A stretch of 59,239 bases of DNA from a virus. Its lineage: Duplodnaviria; Caudoviricetes. Under the pieces are notes generated by a model. It did not search any database and was not told the DNA's origin. It saw nothing but the letters and a program-made list of their open reading frames with translations. This document shows positions 49,561 to 56,871 of the stretch, one piece after another. The stretch is from positions 1-59,239 of IMG/VR virus record IMGVR_UViG_3300034064_000298, one strand, 5' to 3'. Numbering within the stretch: the stretch's first letter is position 1; each line of letters begins with the position of its first letter. Position numbers and translations under genes: made by a program.

Positions 49561-50223
49561 TTATTGCGAAACAGTCAACCTTTTATTGAACTCTTCTTCG
49601 GTCATTCGAACTCCTTTCACGTACCATTGTTTATCGCCGTTTGTGAATTCAACAGCAGGCCCATCCTCTCGGTGTATTTCGCCGTTTATGGCCCACAATT
49701 TGCCATGTTTAGCTTCCATGGCAGGTCCATCTTCTCGATGCTGTTTGCCGTTTACCCAATACTCTTTGTGTCCATCAGGATACTCGACGGCAGGTCCATC
49801 TACACGATGACGTTTGTCATTTAGGTACCACTTTTTGGCGCCATCTGCTTCCTCCATAGCAGGTCCATCTACGCGATGAAGTTTGCCGTTTTGATACCAC
49901 TCGTTTGTACCCCAAGAATATTCGATAGCAGGTCCATCTACGCGATGAAGTTTGCCGTTTCGATACCACTCCTTGGTGCCATCTGCATCCTCCATAGCAG
50001 GTCCATCTATCCTGTGAAGTTTGCCGTTTCGATACCAAAACTTGCTGCCATCTGCCCATTCAATCGCAGGTCCATCTACTCGATGAAGTTTGCCGTTTAG
50101 CCGCCACTCTTTGCAGCCATCTGCGTATACAACAGCTGGGCCATCTTCGTTGTGAAGTTTGCCATTGAGGCGCCACTCTGATCTTCCAGCTGTTTCTGAT
50201 ATGGTATATTCGGACATCGTCAT
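49561..50223 (-). CDS. HREDGPA-repeat protein, 8 repeats
   Basis: 23-aa repeat H(R)(E/V)DGPA.E..DG.K.W..NGK; tail MTEEEFNKRLTVSQ. Confidence 0.9.
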   Translation of the reverse strand: MTMSEYTISETAGRSEWRLNGKLHNEDGPAVVYADGCKEWRLNGKLHRVDGPAIEWADGSKFWYRNGKLHRIDGPAMEDADGTKEWYRNGKLHRVDGPAIEYSWGTNEWYQNGKLHRVDGPAMEEADGAKKWYLNDKRHRVDGPAVEYPDGHKEYWVNGKQHREDGPAMEAKHGKLWAINGEIHREDGPAVEFTNGDKQWYVKGVRMTEEEFNKRLTVSQ

Positions 50224-50265
50224 TCTCCAAGATGTTTTGTGTCTATGGGTGTAGTATAGCAGTTA

Positions 50266-50808
50266 TCAAGGAACAGTCAACCTTTTGTTGAACTCTTCTT
50301 CAGTCATTTGAACTCCGTTCACATACCACTTTTTATCGCCGTTTGCATACTCAACAGCTGGTCCATCTACTCGGTGTCGTTTGCCATTTACCCAATACTC
50401 TTTGTTGCCATAGGACTCCCATCCTACTTTGCCTGGTGGAACTTCGATAGCTGGGCCATCTTCTCTATGACATTTGCCATCCACAAACCAAATTTTGGTG
50501 CCATCTGCAAGATCGAAAGCTGGTCCATCTACTCGGTGATATTTGCCATTTACCCAATACTCTTTGGTGCCATCAAGACGCTCAAACGATGGTCCGTCCA
50601 CGCGATGACGTTCTCCATTCAACCACCATTCTGTGGTGCCATCTGCACCTTCGACTGCAGGGCCGTCTTCTCTGTGACGTTTGTCATTTACCCACCATTC
50701 CTTTCTGCCATCTGCCCACACCAAGGCTGGTCCGTCTTCTCGATGTCGTTTGCCATTGAAAAGCCACTCCGTCATTGTATCAGTTTCTTTTTTGGTATAT
50801 CCGATCAT
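50266..50808 (-). CDS. HREDGPA-repeat protein, 6 repeats (start MIGYTK)
   Basis: Same repeat, one unit carrying an 8-aa insertion; tail EEEFNKRLTVP. Confidence 0.9.
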   Translation of the reverse strand: MIGYTKKETDTMTEWLFNGKRHREDGPALVWADGRKEWWVNDKRHREDGPAVEGADGTTEWWLNGERHRVDGPSFERLDGTKEYWVNGKYHRVDGPAFDLADGTKIWFVDGKCHREDGPAIEVPPGKVGWESYGNKEYWVNGKRHRVDGPAVEYANGDKKWYVNGVQMTEEEFNKRLTVP

Positions 50809-50852
50809 CGCCAATCTCCTAGCTGTTTGCGTTTATGGCAGTATAGCAGTCA

Positions 50853-51167
50853 TCAAGGAACAGTCAACCTTTTATTGAACTCTTCTTCAGTCATTTGAAC
50901 TCCGTTAACGTACCATTCCTTTCTGCCATCGGCCCAATCGATCGCAGGTCCATCCTCTCTGTGAGGTCTGCCGTTTACCCACCATGATTTAGAGCCATCT
51001 GCGTATTCAGCCGCAGGTCCATCTTCTCGATGTTGTTTGCCGTTCATGAACCAATACTTACTGCCATCAGCCCATTCAATCGCAGGTCCATCTTCTCTGC
51101 CTAGTTTACCGTTTAGATACCAAAACTTGGTGCCAGCTATTTCTTGCATATATGCAGTCATCATCAT
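50853..51167 (-). CDS. HREDGPA-repeat protein, 3 repeats
   Basis: Same repeat; tail EEEFNKRLTVP. Confidence 0.9.
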   Translation of the reverse strand: MMMTAYMQEIAGTKFWYLNGKLGREDGPAIEWADGSKYWFMNGKQHREDGPAAEYADGSKSWWVNGRPHREDGPAIDWADGRKEWYVNGVQMTEEEFNKRLTVP

Positions 51168-51225
51168 TCTCCTGTTGCTTTACGACTATGGGTGTAGTGA
51201 AGCAGTCATCAAGGAACAGTCAACC

Positions 51226-51390
51226 TTATTTTACTTCTCTGGTTGAACCGATTTCCCAATCCTCGACCTTGTACATTGCCTTCATGAGTTGCCTTGCTCT
51301 GACCATATCCGGTGCAGATACTGTGACGTCGATTCTCCCTACGTAATTGGATGTTTTTATGGTTACGGGTGCGGTCCATTGTTTGTTCAT
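51226..51390 (-). CDS. Cassette gene (not in ORF track), 54 aa
   Basis: MNKQWTAPVTIKTSNYVGRIDVTVSAPDMVRARQLMKAMYKVEDWEIGSTREVK. Confidence 0.6.
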   Translation of the reverse strand: MNKQWTAPVTIKTSNYVGRIDVTVSAPDMVRARQLMKAMYKVEDWEIGSTREVK

Positions 51391-51403
51391 GTGCTTTCTC
51401 TGT

Positions 51404-51730
51404 TTAGATGATTTTTACTTTGTATCCGAGCATCTTCTCGATCTCGGCTAGAGTTAGCTCAACTGGTTCTGATGTTACTGCCTTTAGATTCTGCTGAAGA
51501 ACGCTCTTGGCGAGTCGAAAAGGTAAGGAGAAGTCAGTCTCGCTGTGAATAGGCGGCGTTACGTTCACCCATTCTTTATCATACTCCGAGAATCTCTGTA
51601 GCTTTTTCGTTGCCTCATCCCACTGCAGTTTGGTTCCTTGTTTGAACGTGATTTTCCAGCAACCCGCTGATATTGCAAATGAATTGGTTACGACGTAATC
51701 ACCTGAGGTGGGAAAGGTACGAGTAGTCAT
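51404..51730 (-). CDS. Cassette gene, hypothetical
   Basis: 108 aa; C-terminal ELTLAEIEKMLGYKVKII; partial repeat upstream. Confidence 0.7.
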   Translation of the reverse strand: MTTRTFPTSGDYVVTNSFAISAGCWKITFKQGTKLQWDEATKKLQRFSEYDKEWVNVTPPIHSETDFSLPFRLAKSVLQQNLKAVTSEPVELTLAEIEKMLGYKVKII

Positions 51731-51770
51731 TGTTTTCTCCTAGCTGTTTGTGTCTATGATGTCGTCTAGC

Positions 51771-51998
51771 TTAGTATGCCAACACCTCAACTACCTGTGT
51801 CAGGTATGCCCAATGAGAATCCTTTGTGCCGATATCGATGTAGTCGATGCCAGGCTGGCCGTTTTTGATGTTGCTGTCGGTATAGGTTACCTTAGCTTGT
51901 CTTGCGATACCGTTGCCAAAGTTGCCGCGTACCATCACGAGACTGCCTTCGCGGATGTCCTTGAGTCCTACTGCTTTGGTTTTCTTGAAGGTCATCAT
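51771..51998 (-). CDS. Cassette gene, hypothetical (possible SH3-like fold)
   Basis: 75 aa directly behind a repeat copy. Confidence 0.7.
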   Translation of the reverse strand: MMTFKKTKAVGLKDIREGSLVMVRGNFGNGIARQAKVTYTDSNIKNGQPGIDYIDIGTKDSHWAYLTQVVEVLAY

Positions 51999-52065
51999 CT
52001 TCTTTCTCCAGTTGTTTGTCTCTATGGGTGTAGTATAGCAGTTATTGAGAAAGTGTCAACTCTTT

Positions 52066-52335
52066 TTAGTCCCATACGCGATGTTTTTCAGCAACCCATT
52101 CCCTACCATCGTAGTCTTCTATCTGCCATTCAACGTCGTCTGGTACTTCCACGATCTTCAAAGAGGCAAATTGACCACCAGCCACTAGCCCTAGTTCCTC
52201 TACAATCTGAACCAGATATGGATCAGCTCTATCATGATGACGATCTACGTTTTTACCTGTCAATTCAAAGTATCTTTTAGTAGCTTGTTTGGATAATCCA
52301 AATCCACCATACTGAGCGTTGATTACTATTTTCAT
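52066..52335 (-). CDS. Cassette gene, conserved phage hypothetical
   Basis: MKIVIN..YGGFGLS...EWVAEKHRVW; paralog of the C-terminal domain of 16844-17371. Confidence 0.8.
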   Translation of the reverse strand: MKIVINAQYGGFGLSKQATKRYFELTGKNVDRHHDRADPYLVQIVEELGLVAGGQFASLKIVEVPDDVEWQIEDYDGREWVAEKHRVWD

Positions 52336-52403
52336 TCTTCTTTCTCCAGTTGTTTGTCTCTATGGGTGTAGTATAGCAGTTATTGAGAAAGTGTCAACCT
52401 TTT

Positions 52404-52865
52404 TTACCAGCTAGATCGATAAGTGACTGTCCAGTTCCAGCCTATATCCTCCCCTAGGTCTTCTAGGAACGATCTAAGCTCTTGTTTCGTGAGTTCAAGA
52501 TCTGCCCAATACCCTTCCGTCATTTCGGAGGAGCCAAAAAAGAATCCCTCGCATGGTGGCAACAACTCGGCGGCCAGCTCCTTTGAGCCTCCTATCTTTT
52601 CTAGGGTACGAAGTAGATCATCCAAATGTTCCAAGGTCACCTCGTATGCCCTACAGTCATCTACGCCATTCTGTACGTTCTTGACAAACCAGTTATGAAT
52701 GGCATTTGCCTTGCGCCAATACATTACTTGATACTCTAGACCTGTCAGCTGCATGCCATACCGAGTGTTTTCCGTGAGTTCCGCTATTTTCTCAATCAAC
52801 TCCTGGTCTTTGGAATTTAGGCTGCTGAGGTATTTGCGAGCGTGAAGATACATATCAAGGCCCAT
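52404..52865 (-). CDS. Cassette gene, conserved phage hypothetical
   Basis: MGLDMYL, YWRKANAIHNWF, LP..EGFFFGS, Y.SSW. Confidence 0.8.
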   Translation of the reverse strand: MGLDMYLHARKYLSSLNSKDQELIEKIAELTENTRYGMQLTGLEYQVMYWRKANAIHNWFVKNVQNGVDDCRAYEVTLEHLDDLLRTLEKIGGSKELAAELLPPCEGFFFGSSEMTEGYWADLELTKQELRSFLEDLGEDIGWNWTVTYRSSW

Positions 52866-52902
52866 TTTCTTTCTCCTGTTTATTTGAGGTATAGTGTAGC
52901 AG

Positions 52903-53085
52903 TTATTGAGGAAGTGTCAACCTTTTATTGAACTCTTCTTCGGTTATTTGTTCTCCGTTTACCCACCACTCTTTGGTGCCATCAGATCGCTCAACCGCCG
53001 GGCCTGTCGTGTGATGAAGTTTGCTATCTCGATACCGCTCTATAGTGCCATCAGGATAGATGTTTATGGAATGTCCACTCGCCAT
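52903..53085 (-). CDS. HREDGPA-family protein, 1 repeat
   Basis: HHTTGPAVERSDGTKEWWVNG; tail ITEEEFNKRLTLPQ. Confidence 0.8.
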   Translation of the reverse strand: MASGHSINIYPDGTIERYRDSKLHHTTGPAVERSDGTKEWWVNGEQITEEEFNKRLTLPQ

Positions 53086-53094
53086 ATTACTCTC

Positions 53095-53310
53095 CTACTC
53101 GGCAGTCGGCGAGAGAACTTGAACTAATGAATCGTCGTACCACCCTTCAAAGGTGTAGTAGTTGAATGATGCGACCAGATTGCCTTTGGCAAAACCTAGC
53201 CAGCCATTGATGCGACCGTTACTGTCGTCAAACAACTCTTCATGATCGAAGGTGTCGTCGTCGAACATATCAAAGAAGTCGTCTTCATCATTGTATATTT
53301 CAGTAATCAT
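53095..53310 (-). CDS. Cassette gene, very acidic small protein
   Basis: 71 aa, D/E/F-rich N-terminus. Confidence 0.65.
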   Translation of the reverse strand: MITEIYNDEDDFFDMFDDDTFDHEELFDDSNGRINGWLGFAKGNLVASFNYYTFEGWYDDSLVQVLSPTAE

Positions 53311-53353
53311 TGGTGTTCTCCAGCTGTTTGCGTCTATGGGTGTAGTGTAGCAG

Positions 53354-53656
53354 TTATCGAGAAAGTGTCAATTCTTCTTCGGTTATTTCAACTCCGTTTA
53401 TATACCAGTACTTGGTGCCATCTGCATATTCCATGGCAGGCCCATCTACGCGATGAATTTTTCCGTTTACCCACCACTCTTTGTATCCATCCTCCCATTC
53501 AACCGCAGGCCCATCTTCTCTGTGCAGTTTGCCGTGTCTATACCAATACTTACTGCCATCTGCATATTCAATCGCAGGTCCATCTTCACGATGAAGTTTG
53601 TCGTCTAGGTACCAAAACTTGTCGCCGTTTATTTCTTTGGTAGTATATCCGGTCAT
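53354..53656 (-). CDS. HREDGPA-repeat protein, 3 repeats
   Basis: Head MTGYTTKEINGDKFWYLD; tail EEELTLSR. Confidence 0.9.
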   Translation of the reverse strand: MTGYTTKEINGDKFWYLDDKLHREDGPAIEYADGSKYWYRHGKLHREDGPAVEWEDGYKEWWVNGKIHRVDGPAMEYADGTKYWYINGVEITEEELTLSR

Positions 53657-53699
53657 CTTCTTTCTCCAGCTGTTTGCGTCTATGGGTGTAGTATAGCAG

Positions 53700-54083
53700 T
53701 TATTGAGAAAGTGTCAACCTTTTATTGAATTCTTCTTCGGTTATTTGTTCTCCATTTATCCACCACTCTTTGTTGCCATCTGCGTATTCGACGGCCGGTC
53801 CATCCTCTCGTTGGATCTCACCGTTTATATACCAGAATTTGGTGCCATCATAGATTTCAATCGCAGGTCCGTCCTCACAATGTACTAGGCCGTTTAGATA
53901 CCAAAATTTGGTGCCATTGGGGTATTCAATAGCAGGTCCATCCACTCGATGTCGTTTGCCGTTTATATACCAATACTTGTTGCCATCTGCCCATTCGATC
54001 GCAGGTCCATCCTCTCGATGGAGTTCGCCATCAAGGCGCCACTCTGTTTTATACTCGTCTGTAGATATAGTATATCCGGTCAT
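53700..54083 (-). CDS. HREDGPA-repeat protein, 4 repeats
   Basis: Head MTGYTISTDEYKTEWRLDGEL; tail EEEFNKRLTLSQ. Confidence 0.9.
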   Translation of the reverse strand: MTGYTISTDEYKTEWRLDGELHREDGPAIEWADGNKYWYINGKRHRVDGPAIEYPNGTKFWYLNGLVHCEDGPAIEIYDGTKFWYINGEIQREDGPAVEYADGNKEWWINGEQITEEEFNKRLTLSQ

Positions 54084-54126
54084 CTTCTTTCTCCAGCTGT
54101 TTGCGTCTATGGGTGTAGTATAGCAG

Positions 54127-54441
54127 TTATTGAGAAAGTGTCAACCTTTTGTCGAACTTTTCTTTGGTCATTTGTTTTCCGTCTATGAACCACTTCTTGG
54201 TGCCATTTGCTCGTATGACCGCAGGTCCATCTACCCTGTGAGGTTTGCCGTCTATATACCACTCTTTGGTGCCATCTGCAGCTTCAAACGCAGGTCCATC
54301 TACTCTGTTAAGTTTGCCGTTTCTATACCACCTCTTGGTGCCACTTGCAAGTTCAACCGCTGGGCCGTCTTCTCTGTTAAATTTGCCGTCTAGGTACCAA
54401 AACTTGTCGCCGTTTATTTCTTTGATAGTATATCCGGTCAT
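54127..54441 (-). CDS. HREDGPA-repeat protein, 3 repeats
   Basis: Head MTGYTIKEINGDKFWYLD; tail KFDKRLTLSQ. Confidence 0.9.
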   Translation of the reverse strand: MTGYTIKEINGDKFWYLDGKFNREDGPAVELASGTKRWYRNGKLNRVDGPAFEAADGTKEWYIDGKPHRVDGPAVIRANGTKKWFIDGKQMTKEKFDKRLTLSQ

Positions 54442-54484
54442 CTTCTTTCTCCAGTTGTTTGCGTCTATGGGTGTAGTATAGCAG

Positions 54485-55144
54485 TTATTGAGGAAGTGTC
54501 AACCTTTTGCTGAACTCTTCCTCAGTTATTTCAACTCCGTTTAACCACCATTCTGTGGTGCCATCTGCCCATTCGATCGCAGGTCCATCCTCTCTGTTAA
54601 GTTTGCCGTTTCTATACCACCTCTTGGTGCCATCTGCCCATTCAGATGCAGGTCCATCTTCTCTGTGTTTTAAGCCGTTTACCCACCATTCTTTGGAGCC
54701 ATCTGCGTATTCAGCCGCAGGTCCATCTTCTCTGTGTTCTTTGCCGTTTACCCACCATTCTTTGGAGCCATCTGCCCATTCAACAGCAGGTCCATCTTCT
54801 CGGTGTCGTTTGTCGTCTATATGCCAAAACTTGCTGCCATTTGCCCATTCGACCGCAGGTCCATCTTCTCTGCCTAGTTTACCGTTTAGATACCAAAACT
54901 TGGTGCCATCTGCCCATTCGACCGCAGGTCCATCTACTCTGTGTCGTTTGCCATTTAGATACCAAAACTTGCTGCCATCTGCCCATTCAGATGCAGGTCC
55001 ATCTTCTCTGTGTTTTAAGCCGTTTACCCACCAATACTTGTTGCCATCTGCCCATTCGATCGCAGGTCCATCCTCTCGATGGAGTTCGCCATCAAGGCGC
55101 CACTCTGTTTTATAGTCGTCTGTAGTTATGGTATATCCGGTCAT
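54485..55144 (-). CDS. HREDGPA-repeat protein, 8 repeats (start MTGYTIT)
   Basis: GGAGAAAGAAG RBS before the ATG at 55144; tail EEEFSKRLTLPQ. Confidence 0.9.
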   Translation of the reverse strand: MTGYTITTDDYKTEWRLDGELHREDGPAIEWADGNKYWWVNGLKHREDGPASEWADGSKFWYLNGKRHRVDGPAVEWADGTKFWYLNGKLGREDGPAVEWANGSKFWHIDDKRHREDGPAVEWADGSKEWWVNGKEHREDGPAAEYADGSKEWWVNGLKHREDGPASEWADGTKRWYRNGKLNREDGPAIEWADGTTEWWLNGVEITEEEFSKRLTLPQ

Positions 55145-55164
55145 CTTCTTTCTCCGCTTATGTC

Positions 55165-55359
55165 TTAGAATTTTTCGGTAGCAGGAGCGCCAACTGCATG
55201 TTTCATGCCATAGGTGTACCACTCTTTGTAGCCATCGGCTTGTGCTGTCGAGGTGTCTTCAGCCCATTCGGTAGCAGGTTCAATATCAGTGTAGGGGTTA
55301 GGTCCGTAGCCTGCAATTTCATACTCGTCGATTTCGTAGGTAGTGATTGCTGCTTTCAT
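55165..55359 (-). CDS. Cassette gene with degenerate repeat remnant
   Basis: PATEWAE...ADGYKEWY..G.KH...APA. Confidence 0.55.
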   Translation of the reverse strand: MKAAITTYEIDEYEIAGYGPNPYTDIEPATEWAEDTSTAQADGYKEWYTYGMKHAVGAPATEKF

Positions 55360-55425
55360 TTTCTTTCTCCAGTTGTTTGTCTCTATGGGTGTAGTATAGC
55401 AGATGTTGAAGGAGTGTCAACCTTT

Positions 55426-56136
55426 TTAGCGCCAATTTTCAAAAATAATTTGATCATTGATCTGATGTGGCTTAGGCTCGCCGTGGCAAATGATGACGGA
55501 TGTGTCGTTCACGTTTGGAGCAGCGTTGACGTCTCTATAACTCTTCAGTGCGAAGTCGTATCCACCTTGTACCACTTCCCAGCGCCAGGACTTCACTCCA
55601 CCTTCAAAAAATCGTCGACTACTAGTAGGTATAACGTCCGATAAGTAATCCTGATCTCCCTTATACATTCCGGTAATAGTAGGTAAATGGCATTTAGAGA
55701 ATCTCTTCCATATATGATGATATACAGTAGTGTCCCACCACATCATACTCGAGTTGATACCCATGAAGTTAGGTCGCCATAATGCTTTGAAGTCCTTTAT
55801 AGCCCATAAGCAATGAGTAGGTAATTGCCAAACCCAATCAATACTATCGGTTATAACGACATCGAGATCAAAGTATAATAATGGGCCTGAGTAATGCTCG
55901 GAGTTGAATAACTGCATCTTATACCACCAGGCATACTTATCTTGAATCCCATTCCAGGGTATCAGCGAGTGTTTTACCATATACTCAGGTACATCTCTAG
56001 ATTCTTCGGTATATACATGGAATACTACCGGCACAGTTAGGTTTCTACTTACCATATTGTACAGTTTATCCACATATTCCCAGGAATACCCATTCCCATG
56101 TATTACGCAAGCTATGTTTATATTGTAATCATCCAT
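55426..56136 (-). CDS. Glycosyltransferase (GT-A fold, GT8-like; start MDDYNI)
   Basis: WWYKMQLF, YFDLD, NSSMM.W, GDQD, HGEPKP. Confidence 0.8.
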   Translation of the reverse strand: MDDYNINIACVIHGNGYSWEYVDKLYNMVSRNLTVPVVFHVYTEESRDVPEYMVKHSLIPWNGIQDKYAWWYKMQLFNSEHYSGPLLYFDLDVVITDSIDWVWQLPTHCLWAIKDFKALWRPNFMGINSSMMWWDTTVYHHIWKRFSKCHLPTITGMYKGDQDYLSDVIPTSSRRFFEGGVKSWRWEVVQGGYDFALKSYRDVNAAPNVNDTSVIICHGEPKPHQINDQIIFENWR

Positions 56137-56163
56137 GCTGTTATTTAGCCGATAAATACCCAC

Positions 56164-56871
56164 ATGAATACCGATATAATCCCTATCTTCATAGGTTATG
56201 ACCAAAGAGAGTCAATTGCCTATCATACTTGCTGCAATTCTATCATTAGAAACTCTAGCCAACCAGTAACTATAATACCATTGGCGCTGAATCTATTCAG
56301 TAACTTCTATAATGAAACCCATATCGACGGTAGTAACCAATTCATTTATTCTAGATTCCTGGTACCTTATCTGATGGGTTTTAAGGGCCACGCCTTGTTC
56401 ATTGACGGTGACATGATAGTAAAGGGCGATGTTGCCGAGTTATGGGCTATGCGAAGTCACATGTGCGACGTTCAGGTAGTCAAACACGAATACGAAACAC
56501 GGATGCCTGTCAAGTACTTGGGCGCTAAAAATGAGAACTACCCCAGGAAAAACTGGTCGAGCGTGATTATTTGGAATTGTGGAAGCCACCCAAACAGAAA
56601 ACTCACACCGGAGTTCATTGAGAAGTCAAGTGGTGCCGAACTGCATAGGTTCACTTGGATAGAAGATGAAAGACTGGGTGAGTTGCCAAAGGAATGGAAC
56701 TGGCTTGATCTTGAATACGACGCAAACCCTCAGGCGAAACTCATTCACTACACGTTGGGAATACCTGCGTTCGCTGAGTTTGCCACCGGTGGAATGGCCG
56801 ATGAATGGCACAAAGAAAGAGAGTTTGCTAACTACCCTAAAGCCAATTATGAATATATCAGTATACCATAA
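56164..56871 (+). CDS. Glycosyltransferase (GT8-like)
   Basis: IFIGYD.RE, SRFLVP, FIDGDM, RKNWSS, LP.EWN, IHYTLG. Confidence 0.82.
   Translation: MNTDIIPIFIGYDQRESIAYHTCCNSIIRNSSQPVTIIPLALNLFSNFYNETHIDGSNQFIYSRFLVPYLMGFKGHALFIDGDMIVKGDVAELWAMRSHMCDVQVVKHEYETRMPVKYLGAKNENYPRKNWSSVIIWNCGSHPNRKLTPEFIEKSSGAELHRFTWIEDERLGELPKEWNWLDLEYDANPQAKLIHYTLGIPAFAEFATGGMADEWHKEREFANYPKANYEYISIP

Larger units (their letters stand above)
49518..55425 (-). repeat. Array of 12 full and 2 partial promoter-leader-RBS direct repeats separating gene cassettes
   Basis: Consensus (+) ttctttctccagYtgtttgYStctatgggtgtagtatagcagttattgagaaagtgtcaacctttt at about 49518, 50224, 50815, 51168, 51999, 52336, 52866, 53316, 53657, 54084, 54442 and 55360; RBS-half only at 51731 and 55145. 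Confidence 0.95.

Noticed and set aside
49561-55144. Diversity-generating retroelement
   Set aside because: No reverse transcriptase in the window, and by eye the differences between repeat units are not confined to adenines.
49518-55425. CRISPR array
   Set aside because: Repeats are ~60-65 bp non-palindromic promoters, and the intervening segments are hundreds of bp of whole genes; no cas genes.
49518-55425. Integron attC cassette array
   Set aside because: Repeats lack the attC inverted-repeat structure, lie upstream of the ORFs as promoters, and there is no tyrosine integrase in the window.
49363-55644. Plus-strand ORFs over the array (SAHSIAGPSS repeats and similar)
   Set aside because: Antisense shadows of the repeat genes with no RBS or promoter support.
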